Source: Bacteroidia bacterium
Lineage (GTDB): Bacteria; Bacteroidota; Bacteroidia; Cytophagales; Cyclobacteriaceae
NCBI GenBank assembly: GCA_031419815.1
Contig: JANOLM010000310.1
Location: 1-42,379 of the forward strand
Direction of reading: 5' to 3'
DNA: 42,379 bases
The position numbers and the translations under genes were made by a program. Shown here piece by piece: positions 10,159 through 18,745 of this stretch. Position 1 is the stretch's first letter. Each line of letters starts with the position of its first letter. The notes under the pieces were generated by a model. That model was given only the letters and a program-made list of their open reading frames with translations, did not search any database and was not told the DNA's origin.

Positions 10159-11511
10159 ATGAAAATTAATAGATATACATTTTTGTTAGGTGCAATAGTT
10201 CTATGGAACTGTGCAGATAGACTGGACATTAAACCGCTTAATACGGTAAGTTCCACCCAAGCTCTCAGTACTTCTGGGGATGTGGAAGCACTCTTGGTTG
10301 GAGCATTCACAGCGATCGGTGATGGAGATGTTTATGGTGGTAATATTTTACGGGATGCTGATCTTATTGGGGATAACGGAGAAATTGCTTGGGATGGGAC
10401 CTTCGTTGCTCCTGGAGAAATTTGGGACAAGAATATGTTAATAACTAACGGTCAGGCACAGGAAACTTGGCTTGGAGCCTATACTGCGATTAACAATGTC
10501 AATACTGTGTTGGCTAATCTTGATAAGGTAACTGCGGACAAGAAAAACCGAGTGGAGGGAGAAGCAAAGTTTATTCGAGGAGCAATGTATTTTGAACTAG
10601 CCCGAACGTATGGCAAAACCTGGGTGGACGGAAATCCAGCTCAAAATCTGGCAGTTCCTTTAATTCTTGTCCCTAGCGATGCTAGCAACATTTCGGCTAA
10701 AGTCAAAAGAAACACTGTTACAGAAGTGTATACTCAAGTCATTAGCGATCTACAATCGGCAGAAACACTTTTGCCAACTAGAAACGGAATATTTGCAACC
10801 ACTTATTCAGCCAGTGCAATTCTCTCCAGGGTTTATTTAATGCAGAATAAATATCCTGAGGCTGTGACTGCTGCCAATAAAGTAATTGCAGGATCATTTT
10901 CGCTAACACCCATTTTTGCCGATGCGTTTGCAAGGACATCAACGGCTTCCACTAGCAGAACAAGCAATGGGTATGCAACAATGGAGGACATTTTTGCGGT
11001 TCAGGTGACTTCTCAGGCAGGTGTTAATAATTTAAATAGTTTTTTTGATCCTACTGGTCGCGGAGATATCCCTGTAGAGGATTTCCATTTATCTCTTTAC
11101 GAAACCGCAGATGCCCGAAGAGCATTTTTCCAAACCAGTGGGGGGGTTCGTTATACAAGAAAATTTACAAACAGGTTTGCAAATATCTCAATTGTGCGTC
11201 TTGCTGAATTATATTTGACGCGTGCAGAAGGTAATTTGCGTGCGGGAACTTCTATTGGAGCTACTCCTCTTTCAGATATTAACAGAATTAGAACTAGGGT
11301 TGGATTAGGTAATTTAACAACCGTTGTACTTGCGGATGTACTTAAGGAACGAAAACTAGAGTTGGCCTTTGAGGGTCATTTGATTCATGACCTAAAGCGC
11401 ACCCAAGGTTCAATAGGTGCGTTATCATTTTCGTCACCTAAGCTAATTTTCCCTATTCCTCAAAGAGAAACAATACTTAATTCTGAGTTGGTTCAGAATG
11501 AAAGCTATTGA
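10159..11511 (+). CDS. susD: RagB/SusD family nutrient-uptake lipoprotein
   Basis: Lipobox Cys (LWNC), GEAKFIRG, RLAELYLTRAE, ERKLELAFEGH...DLKR and FPIPQRE motifs; directly after susC. Confidence 0.96.
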   Translation: MKINRYTFLLGAIVLWNCADRLDIKPLNTVSSTQALSTSGDVEALLVGAFTAIGDGDVYGGNILRDADLIGDNGEIAWDGTFVAPGEIWDKNMLITNGQAQETWLGAYTAINNVNTVLANLDKVTADKKNRVEGEAKFIRGAMYFELARTYGKTWVDGNPAQNLAVPLILVPSDASNISAKVKRNTVTEVYTQVISDLQSAETLLPTRNGIFATTYSASAILSRVYLMQNKYPEAVTAANKVIAGSFSLTPIFADAFARTSTASTSRTSNGYATMEDIFAVQVTSQAGVNNLNSFFDPTGRGDIPVEDFHLSLYETADARRAFFQTSGGVRYTRKFTNRFANISIVRLAELYLTRAEGNLRAGTSIGATPLSDINRIRTRVGLGNLTTVVLADVLKERKLELAFEGHLIHDLKRTQGSIGALSFSSPKLIFPIPQRETILNSELVQNESY

Positions 11512-11539
11512 ACTAAGAATTAGTTTCTAAAAATCGAAG

Positions 11540-11570
11540 AGGCCACCTTTTAAAAAAGGGGCCTTTTTTT
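11540..11570 (+). terminator. Intrinsic terminator after susD
   Basis: AGGCC(A)CCTTTT-AA-AAAAGGGGCCT followed by a T-run. Confidence 0.8.
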
Positions 11571-11707
11571 ATGACATTTTTTTCTAGGCCAACTGTTGTA
11601 TAGGGAAATTTGTAGGTGATTCTAAGTCATCAAATTTTGTGCGAAAAACCAGGTTGATTCAATTAAAATATATTTTTGATCGCCTTGAAGCACTGGCGCC
11701 TAGCAGT

Positions 11708-13585
11708 TCACACGGTTAATGCACCATTAACTGGTACCGAGGCTTCAAGCGGAATCTTAATCATAATATTGGTCCCGTTTCCGGGATTACTACTAATCTC
11801 TATTGTACCATTCAAGCTTTCGGTACGCGCTTTCATATTTTGAAGGCCAATGCCACGGGCATTTGATTTTGGATCAAAGCCACGGCCATTGTCTTCTATG
11901 GTCATGACCATCTCGTTTCCGTGTGCAAAGAATTGTAAATCAAGTTCAGTGGCATGCGCATGTTTCAAAACATTGCTGATAGCTTCCTGAACCATGCGAA
12001 AAAGATGATGAGTTGTTTCTGGCGAAAGAGTTTTTGGAACATCATAAAATTGAACATCTGTTTTCAATTCTTGTTGACTTGTTTCCTCCAAGAGCTGGTT
12101 TATTAATTGCCGGAAGCTTGTGATGCTTGCGCTGGCGGGTGCCAGTTGATGCGACATAGCACGTACATCGTTACAAAGAATATCTATTTGCTTTTCAAGT
12201 GTCAGGTTTTGACTTTCATTCTTTGAAATAAAACGTTTTAAACTTCCCAACCTGCTACCAATGTCGTCATGCAACTCGCGTGAGATTCTTTTGCGTTCCT
12301 TTTCGGTACCTTCTATGTAGGCTTTCAGTAATTCTTTTTGTTGCTTAGCCAAGCCGAGTGAAAGTTGGTTACGTTCATTGTAAACCTTACTTAATTGAAA
12401 GGTAAGGCCAACAGAAAATATGAATGTTTCGAGCGAGGAGCCAATAAGTACGGGGTTTATCGAAAGACTTTCCACTGGAATTAATCCAAATTCTGAGGCG
12501 ATCAGAGTCATGTAGCCCAGCAACAAAGTGCCCCAGGCTGAAAAATAAATGAGTACCGTTATGGGCTGCTTAGGAAAGCTCCGGACAGCCCCATACACGA
12601 ATGATAAAAATCCCACAAAATAAATGGAATTGCTTAAGGGTATTAGCCATAGACCGTTTCTTGTCATGAAGTCCATCGCCAATATGGTTGCAAGTACCAT
12701 CACACCCAAAAAAATGAGTAAGTAGTTTAGGAAGCGGTTGATGTGAGGCTGATGTGTTGAAAAATTTAAGAACATCTGTGAGAACTTTACCATGCAGACA
12801 ACGCAAGATAAATTCACGTATAGGCGAAAGTAACTGTTCAGATCAAGTGTGTTGGGATACACGTATTGAAAGGAAAGGCCGAGTGCTGTAAAAAGATAAG
12901 CAGCAGAGGTAAAAACCAGCAGGAAGTACCAGCCATACAAGGCCTTTCGTAAAAAAATGAAAGCCATGAAGGCATAGCACAAGCATAGCATGATAATGCC
13001 GAAGAACAATCCGAACCAGAGATTTTGAGTAAGATTTTTTTCATAAAAGGTGTCTTCGTTCCACAAATAGATGGGAAAAGTGAGCGAACTATTACGCTTG
13101 TCAATTTTTATAAGGGTTGTTCTTGTTTCCCACGGAGCATAATTCAAAGGGATTGCAAAATTTCGATGCTCTATTGGTCTGCTTGAAAAAAGAAGCTTAT
13201 CTCCAGTTTCAGCCAGCACTATGGACCGGCCAATAGAATCGATCGTATAAAAGGAAAGCCAATCGATTTGGGGATTGTCTATCTCCAGGATTTTGTCTTC
13301 CCTGTATTTTGTTTCGTTTTTGTAAGTAAAGGCTATCCAATATACGTTGGCCGTAAAGCCAACGGTTGCTTTTTGTTCATGGCGCTTTTCTTGAAGCAGC
13401 AATAGCCAGGCTTGTTGTGGGCTCAGCTCTTCCTTGGTAGCGAATACAACCCCTTTATTTACAATATCTATTTTTTGGTTTGTTCCATCCAATCGGATAG
13501 TATCTGGCGGGCTATTCTGTGCATGAACAGGGAATGCCAGGAATAGAAGGAGTGAATAAAATGTATTAAATGATTTTATTATCAT
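11708..13585 (-). CDS. 7TM-DISM sensor histidine kinase (7TMR-DISMED2 + 7TM + HisKA_3 + HATPase_c)
   Basis: Extracellular domain with GDKLLFSSRPIEHRNF, multiple TM helices, HisKA_3 motif ERKRISRELHDDIG, N-box QEAISNVLKHA, and DNGRGF / GIGLQNM G-boxes. ATG 13585 overlaps the regulator's 3' end. Confidence 0.93.
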   Translation of the reverse strand: MIIKSFNTFYSLLLFLAFPVHAQNSPPDTIRLDGTNQKIDIVNKGVVFATKEELSPQQAWLLLLQEKRHEQKATVGFTANVYWIAFTYKNETKYREDKILEIDNPQIDWLSFYTIDSIGRSIVLAETGDKLLFSSRPIEHRNFAIPLNYAPWETRTTLIKIDKRNSSLTFPIYLWNEDTFYEKNLTQNLWFGLFFGIIMLCLCYAFMAFIFLRKALYGWYFLLVFTSAAYLFTALGLSFQYVYPNTLDLNSYFRLYVNLSCVVCMVKFSQMFLNFSTHQPHINRFLNYLLIFLGVMVLATILAMDFMTRNGLWLIPLSNSIYFVGFLSFVYGAVRSFPKQPITVLIYFSAWGTLLLGYMTLIASEFGLIPVESLSINPVLIGSSLETFIFSVGLTFQLSKVYNERNQLSLGLAKQQKELLKAYIEGTEKERKRISRELHDDIGSRLGSLKRFISKNESQNLTLEKQIDILCNDVRAMSHQLAPASASITSFRQLINQLLEETSQQELKTDVQFYDVPKTLSPETTHHLFRMVQEAISNVLKHAHATELDLQFFAHGNEMVMTIEDNGRGFDPKSNARGIGLQNMKARTESLNGTIEISSNPGNGTNIMIKIPLEASVPVNGALTV

Positions 13586-14213
13586 GGGCAAACTTAACCA
13601 GGGCGGAAATATTATTGATTTCCAATTTTCGAAAAATATTCTTACGATGAGTATCTACGGTATGTGGACTGATGAATAACTCAATGGAAGCTTGATCCGA
13701 GGTTTTGCCCATGGAAAGTACACGGATGATTTCCATCTCGCGTCTGGTTAGCTTCATTTTTTGTGAAAACTTATCTAAGAATAATTTTTTCTTTGCCAGT
13801 TCTTCCTTCAATTGTCGCGTTACGTAAAAAGTATCAATGTGGACTGCATCAAGTGCCCGAAGCAGTTCGTCATTGGCGGCATTCTTCAACAAATAGGCAT
13901 TAGCGCCTTCAGCCTGGGCACGCTCCAGCAGAAATTCATCCTGGTACATAGTGAGGATCACTACACAAATCTTTTTATTGAATTCCCTTATGGATTTTAG
14001 AAGTGTAAAGCCATCAGTATCAGGCAAGTTGAGGTCTAGGATTAGTATATCCGGATTTTGTTCTTTAATGAGGGGCACTAGTTGTTTGCCATTTTGTGCA
14101 TGGCCTGTCAAAAGGTAGTTGGCAGATTTTTCTAACAGTAATTCTAGGCCTGTATAAACAATTTCGTGGTCTTCGCAGATTATTACCTTCCTTTTCGCCC
14201 CGTGTTCCTTCAT
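13566..14213 (-). CDS. NarL/FixJ (LuxR-HTH) family response regulator
   Basis: Receiver ICEDH...ILDLNLP..DG...LTM...YLLK; LuxR HTH LTRREMEIIR...G.TS..AS..LFIS.HTVDTHRKNIFRKL. Start GTG 14216 or ATG 14213. Confidence 0.95.
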   Translation of the reverse strand: MKEHGAKRKVIICEDHEIVYTGLELLLEKSANYLLTGHAQNGKQLVPLIKEQNPDILILDLNLPDTDGFTLLKSIREFNKKICVVILTMYQDEFLLERAQAEGANAYLLKNAANDELLRALDAVHIDTFYVTRQLKEELAKKKLFLDKFSQKMKLTRREMEIIRVLSMGKTSDQASIELFISPHTVDTHRKNIFRKLEINNISALVKFAHDNKII

Positions 14214-14234
14214 CACAAAATAATTTCGATTTTA

Positions 14235-14256
14235 AAAATACCTAAATTCTGGTTTT
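14235..14256. promoter_or_regulatory. Near-palindromic operator copy (AAAATACC-N8-GGTTTT) just upstream of the response regulator
   Basis: AATACC(14237-14242)-TAAATTCT-GGTTTT(14251-14256); one mismatch to the other two copies. A more degenerate copy lies at 14263-14282. Confidence 0.5.
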
Positions 14257-14367
14257 GACACGCATACATACTTGAAAGTATTAGTACGTTGTACCTTTTC
14301 TGACGTGTCGTCCTCTCGCAATCCTCTCCACGACCATGGATGAGAGTTAGAGGAAGGAGGTAACTTT

Positions 14368-14418
14368 AAAATACCCTTTCTCCGGTATTGCAACCAGTAT
14401 TAGGAACTGGTAAGTTTG
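14368..14418 (+). promoter_or_regulatory. Operator AAAATACC-N8-GGTATTG overlapping the -33 element, plus Bacteroidota -7 element TAAGTTTG of the fibre operon
   Basis: AATACC(14370-14375)-CTTTCTCC-GGTATT(14384-14389); TTG 14388-14390, 20-nt spacer, then TAAGTTTG 14411-14418, a perfect TAnnTTTG. Confidence 0.7.
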
Positions 14419-14433
14419 AGAAAATGAATTAAC

Positions 14434-15795
14434 ATGAAAAAATATATACCTATAATTTTTCCCTTCTTGGTGATAGCACTAACTTCTTATGGGCAAAATA
14501 AAACATTGGGTGTCGGCACACCAACGCCCAACCCCAATGCAGCCTTACATGTAGAGTCACCCACTAGTAATCAGGGCTTTCTGATGCCGCGATTGACTAC
14601 GGCACAGCGCACAGCCATGGCAAGCTCGCTTACTGCTGTCGATATAGGGTTGATCGTGTATGATACAAATTTATTGGAAGTTTTTACCTGGGAAGGTACA
14701 AGCTGGGTGGGGGATTCGAATATTCTTCCGTATCGCGCTTTGCTAACTAACCAGGACTTGCTTGCAGACATTAATGCTCTGGACATTACCTATACAGGAG
14801 ATTCCTCTCGAACATTACTGAATTTGAATTTTGCGAATGCTGCTAATCCAAGAATAGCCAACCCTTTCCGGATCACGCATGCTGGCCAGGGGGCTGCTTC
14901 CGTAGTTACACAATCTGGCACATTGGGAACAGGCGGCATATATCAAATTACCAACCCAGCAAATAGTAGCAATGCCTTGCGGGCTACCAACTCGGGTACA
15001 GGCATAGCCGGAAATTTTGTGGTAAATAATGCTGCAAATACCAGTGCCGCAGTTATTGCCACTACCAATGGAACAGGTTCAGCACTTAATGCCAGCAATA
15101 CGGGAACAGGAAATGGTTTCGCAGGTTACTTTTCTAATTCAAATGCAGCCAATACTTTTCCTGCAGTGCAAGGAACAACGACCGGTCCGGGATCTGTTTT
15201 TCGGGCTTTTCAAACCACTGGCCCAGGTGCGGGCATAGATGTTTTTATGAATAACACGACCAGCATTGCTGTTGGATTTAGTGTTGATCAAAGAGGGCTT
15301 GGTGCAGCGGGAAATTTTAATATTAATAATGCTGCTAGTGGTGCTTCTGGTGTTCTCTCAACTACCAACGGTACTGGTGATGCCATTTTTGGACGGAAGC
15401 CAGCCGGCTCAGGATCAGGAAGTGCAGGGAATTTTCAAAATGCGGAACCCACTAATAATAATTCCTCATTATTTGCCTTAACAAATGCTGTCGGTGGAAC
15501 AGCATTAGGATTAATTAATAGTGCAGATGGAAATGCTCTTGCTATTTATCAGGGGGGCTTGAAAATTTCAAATGTATCGTTAAGTACACCGGGTGCAATT
15601 GTTGCAAAAGCAGGACTTTATGAAATATCAATGGCAGGAAGTTATACACTGCCCGCAACGGGTCCTGTGGGAGAAACATGCTGGATAGCAAATAGTAGTG
15701 TAGGTTCAGTGACCATTAATGCTGTAGCCCCCGTTGCCAACGGCACCATACGACAGTTTATAAGATTAACCGGTGGCTGGCAGATTGTGAATTGA
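14434..15795 (+). CDS. Secreted fibre-like / beta-repeat surface protein (hypothetical)
   Basis: Signal peptide. N-terminal GVGT.TP...AALHVES...GFLMPRLTTAQR...GLIVYDT....FTWEGTSW module seen in Bacteroidota tail-fibre-like proteins. G/N/T/A-rich repeats (TNGTG, AGNF, N.AN). Short C-terminal head ending GGWQIVN. Confidence 0.8.
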   Translation: MKKYIPIIFPFLVIALTSYGQNKTLGVGTPTPNPNAALHVESPTSNQGFLMPRLTTAQRTAMASSLTAVDIGLIVYDTNLLEVFTWEGTSWVGDSNILPYRALLTNQDLLADINALDITYTGDSSRTLLNLNFANAANPRIANPFRITHAGQGAASVVTQSGTLGTGGIYQITNPANSSNALRATNSGTGIAGNFVVNNAANTSAAVIATTNGTGSALNASNTGTGNGFAGYFSNSNAANTFPAVQGTTTGPGSVFRAFQTTGPGAGIDVFMNNTTSIAVGFSVDQRGLGAAGNFNINNAASGASGVLSTTNGTGDAIFGRKPAGSGSGSAGNFQNAEPTNNNSSLFALTNAVGGTALGLINSADGNALAIYQGGLKISNVSLSTPGAIVAKAGLYEISMAGSYTLPATGPVGETCWIANSSVGSVTINAVAPVANGTIRQFIRLTGGWQIVN

Positions 15796-15833
15796 GTTGG
15801 CAAAAGCCAACTGTTACCTGATTTTTATCTCTT

Positions 15834-18245
15834 ATGAAATACGTCATCGCAGTCTTACTCCTTAGCACAACGCTTGCCCAAGGTCAGTTTATAAAAAACA
15901 CTGGCGTTCAAATTGTAAACTCAACCAACCTTTCGGTGAATGGTGATTGGGTAAATGATGCAGGCACTGCAGTTACAAACAATGGTGTTATCACCACTTC
16001 TGATAGCTGGACCAACAATGGTACATTGAATGCTGCGAGTACGGGAGGCTTTGTGTTAAATTTTGCTATAGACAAAACCTTTACACCAGGCGGAACAAAC
16101 TTTGGCTTCTTAAAAAAAGATGGGATTGGCAATGCAAGTATTACTGGTCAGTTTTCGATAAAAGATAGTTTATCAATAATAGGAGGAGTTATTACACCAC
16201 TTACAGCAACCGACATTTTAACGGTATCTGAAACAGGAATGGTTACCAGTGTTCCTGGTTCATTCCTTGAAGGCGGAAATCTTGTGCGAAAGGGCACAGG
16301 CAATTTATTTTTTCCCGTTGGTAAGGGTGGCAAATCGTTGCCCATTACTTTTTTGAATGTAGTTGGAACGAACCCAAGTATTTCTGTTACAGTGGAGGCT
16401 GCACCCGCTGGCTATACTGCAGGTGCAGGTGTTGATTCATTGGCCAATTTTCCATATGTGTGGCGTTCGATCAAAACAAATGTTGTTGACACTGCCAGCT
16501 ATGTGGAATTGGCGTATCCAAACACCTTACCGTTTCCGGCAAATGCTATCGTAGTGCGCAAAGTTACAGGGCAGAATAAGTACGAAGGCATGGGCAAGCG
16601 TTCTGTAACTAATGCTGGAGGCATTGTCAAAATCAGAAGTTATTCGCGCGGCTTGCAAGGTATTTTTTCTGTTGCCAGTGGCTTTGCCGGCAATCTTGAG
16701 ACTGATTCGTTAGCATTGGTAGCACTTTTTAATTCTTCTAATGGAACAGCATGGACCAAGAAAACCAATTGGAAAAGTGGCTTGCTTTCTACCTGGCAAG
16801 GGGTAACGCAAACCGGACAAAGCATAACAACGCTTGCGTTGAATTCGGCCGGTATAAACGGAGCGGTTCCTGATGAAGTGGCCGACATCCTTGCCTTACA
16901 AACTATAAACCTTTCTGGCAACAGCATCACAAAAATTCCGGATTTTTCAAAACTCACAGCACTTACTAGTCTAAATGTATCTGCTAATAAACTGGACTTT
17001 TCTTCTTTGGAAGCAAATGCAGGCATTGCAGGTGTTAACTATTTAAACCAGGCAGATATTGGACTTCCTAAGAATGATTTAATCGCAGTTGGTTCTCCAA
17101 CCACATTAAAAATAACGACAGGTGGAACAGTAAATCAATATCAATGGAAAAGAAATGGCTCTGTTATAAGCGGTGCCACTACCGATCAATATCAAATAGC
17201 TGCGATTAGTCGCGCTAACTCAGGTAGCTATATTCTGGAGGTAACCAACCCATCCGTTCCTGGACTTACATTAAAATCGACTATTCAAAAAGCAACGGCA
17301 GTTGCAGATATCGCAGGCAAGTTGAAAGTGAGTGCCACTGATCCTGTAACGGTTGGTAAGATGATTTTATTAAAGATAAATCCGGTTGGGGTAGCTTTTG
17401 ATACCATTAGAGTTTCGGCCGTGAAGAACGATGGATCCTTTACCTTAGATAAAATAGTATTGGATGATTATATTTTATTAGGCCAAGGAGACAGAACTGT
17501 ATACAAGGATTATTTTCCTACCTATTACACGGGAACTGTATTTTGGGAAACAGCCGACACAATCAAGCTGAATGAGAATAGAAGTGATGCCAATATTATG
17601 TTGGCAAGTCTGCCAGCACTTCCAAAAGGTGAGGGGCAAATTGCTGGTATTTTTGAACAGGAAAGTGCAGGTGGCAGGATCGACAACCGGGGTCGCGTAG
17701 CAGGAGCGAGTGCTACGGTGCGAAGACAACAGTCTACAGGTAGGCCAGGAAAAGTAATGGCCGAACAGATCATAGCGTTGGTGTACACCAATGAAAATGG
17801 AGAATTTATTTTTGATAAACTCGAAGAGGGTACCTACTTGTTGAACATCCAATACCCGGGTGTACCGATGGACACCAAATCTGATGTAGCGATAACGATT
17901 GGCTCTAAGCTGAGGAAAGAAAATTTACAAAAAGTGGAAGCAGTGGCTATCGGAGGAAAAATTGTGGTGAAGCGATTTATCATAGTGGGCGTAAGTGAGG
18001 AGGAGCAATCGAGTATCCAAATTTATCCAAACCCTGTTAGTTCAGATTTGTACATAACATTAACAGAAGGAAGCGGGGTTGGTGAAATGAAATTATTTGA
18101 TGAAAGTGGGAGGGAAGTTATTTCCCGAAGCCTCATAGAAGGAAAATCCACTTTTGATCTCAGTCAACTCAACACAGGAGTGTACATTGTAAAAATTTTC
18201 CGAAAAAGTAAAGAAGTAAGTGCCGCAAAAATAATAGTAGAGTAA
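15834..18245 (+). CDS. T9SS type A sorting domain protein with LRR, Ig and transthyretin-like domains
   Basis: Signal peptide, LRR N-cap (DSLALVALFNSSNG..W...TNW...W.GV), short LRRs (LQTINLSGNSI, LTSLNVSANKL), Ig (YQWKRNG..ISGAT...SGSY), and CTD IYPNPVSS...GVYIVKI...KIIVE. Confidence 0.9.
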   Translation: MKYVIAVLLLSTTLAQGQFIKNTGVQIVNSTNLSVNGDWVNDAGTAVTNNGVITTSDSWTNNGTLNAASTGGFVLNFAIDKTFTPGGTNFGFLKKDGIGNASITGQFSIKDSLSIIGGVITPLTATDILTVSETGMVTSVPGSFLEGGNLVRKGTGNLFFPVGKGGKSLPITFLNVVGTNPSISVTVEAAPAGYTAGAGVDSLANFPYVWRSIKTNVVDTASYVELAYPNTLPFPANAIVVRKVTGQNKYEGMGKRSVTNAGGIVKIRSYSRGLQGIFSVASGFAGNLETDSLALVALFNSSNGTAWTKKTNWKSGLLSTWQGVTQTGQSITTLALNSAGINGAVPDEVADILALQTINLSGNSITKIPDFSKLTALTSLNVSANKLDFSSLEANAGIAGVNYLNQADIGLPKNDLIAVGSPTTLKITTGGTVNQYQWKRNGSVISGATTDQYQIAAISRANSGSYILEVTNPSVPGLTLKSTIQKATAVADIAGKLKVSATDPVTVGKMILLKINPVGVAFDTIRVSAVKNDGSFTLDKIVLDDYILLGQGDRTVYKDYFPTYYTGTVFWETADTIKLNENRSDANIMLASLPALPKGEGQIAGIFEQESAGGRIDNRGRVAGASATVRRQQSTGRPGKVMAEQIIALVYTNENGEFIFDKLEEGTYLLNIQYPGVPMDTKSDVAITIGSKLRKENLQKVEAVAIGGKIVVKRFIIVGVSEEEQSSIQIYPNPVSSDLYITLTEGSGVGEMKLFDESGREVISRSLIEGKSTFDLSQLNTGVYIVKIFRKSKEVSAAKIIVE

Positions 18246-18259
18246 AAACTAATGAATCT

Positions 18260-18715
18260 ATGAAATCAATTTACAACTACAGTTTAACGGGCATTACATT
18301 GGTATTTGGCCTGCTTTTTCTTACCTATTCTTCCTGCAAAGGACCTGAGCCTGTTGTGGAACCAACACCGGTAGAGGTAACAACAGCTTTATTAATAGGC
18401 TCTGCCTGGGTTGTACAAAGTGTACAAGTAGACGATGTTGCGTTGGACCTTTATAAAAGCCTAAACGTGTCTTTTACAGCAGACGGAAAATATACTTCTG
18501 TGAATGGTGGCGCCATATGGTCGGCCAGCGGCACGTGGAAATTCAAGGACGAAACCGCGAAAGTGATGATCCGTGAAGATGGCCTTGAGATTGCAATTGA
18601 TGCCATCACCGAAAAAGCCATGACGATTTCTTTTACGCGTACTGGTGATATTGTTTACGAAGGAGGAAGAAATGAGGCGGTAAGCGGTAAACACGTATTT
18701 ACATTTGGGAGGTGA
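18260..18715 (+). CDS. Lipocalin-like lipoprotein
   Basis: Lipobox YSSC; LLIGSAWVVQSV and F.ADGKY...SGTWKF pattern of Bacteroidota lipocalin-like beta-barrels. Confidence 0.75.
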   Translation: MKSIYNYSLTGITLVFGLLFLTYSSCKGPEPVVEPTPVEVTTALLIGSAWVVQSVQVDDVALDLYKSLNVSFTADGKYTSVNGGAIWSASGTWKFKDETAKVMIREDGLEIAIDAITEKAMTISFTRTGDIVYEGGRNEAVSGKHVFTFGR

Positions 18716-18745
18716 GGCTCAAATGGCTTTGCCTTTATTGTTTTT

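Noticed and set aside
14434-15795. Prophage tail fibre / prophage remnant
   Set aside because: It has a Sec signal peptide and no other phage genes flank it.
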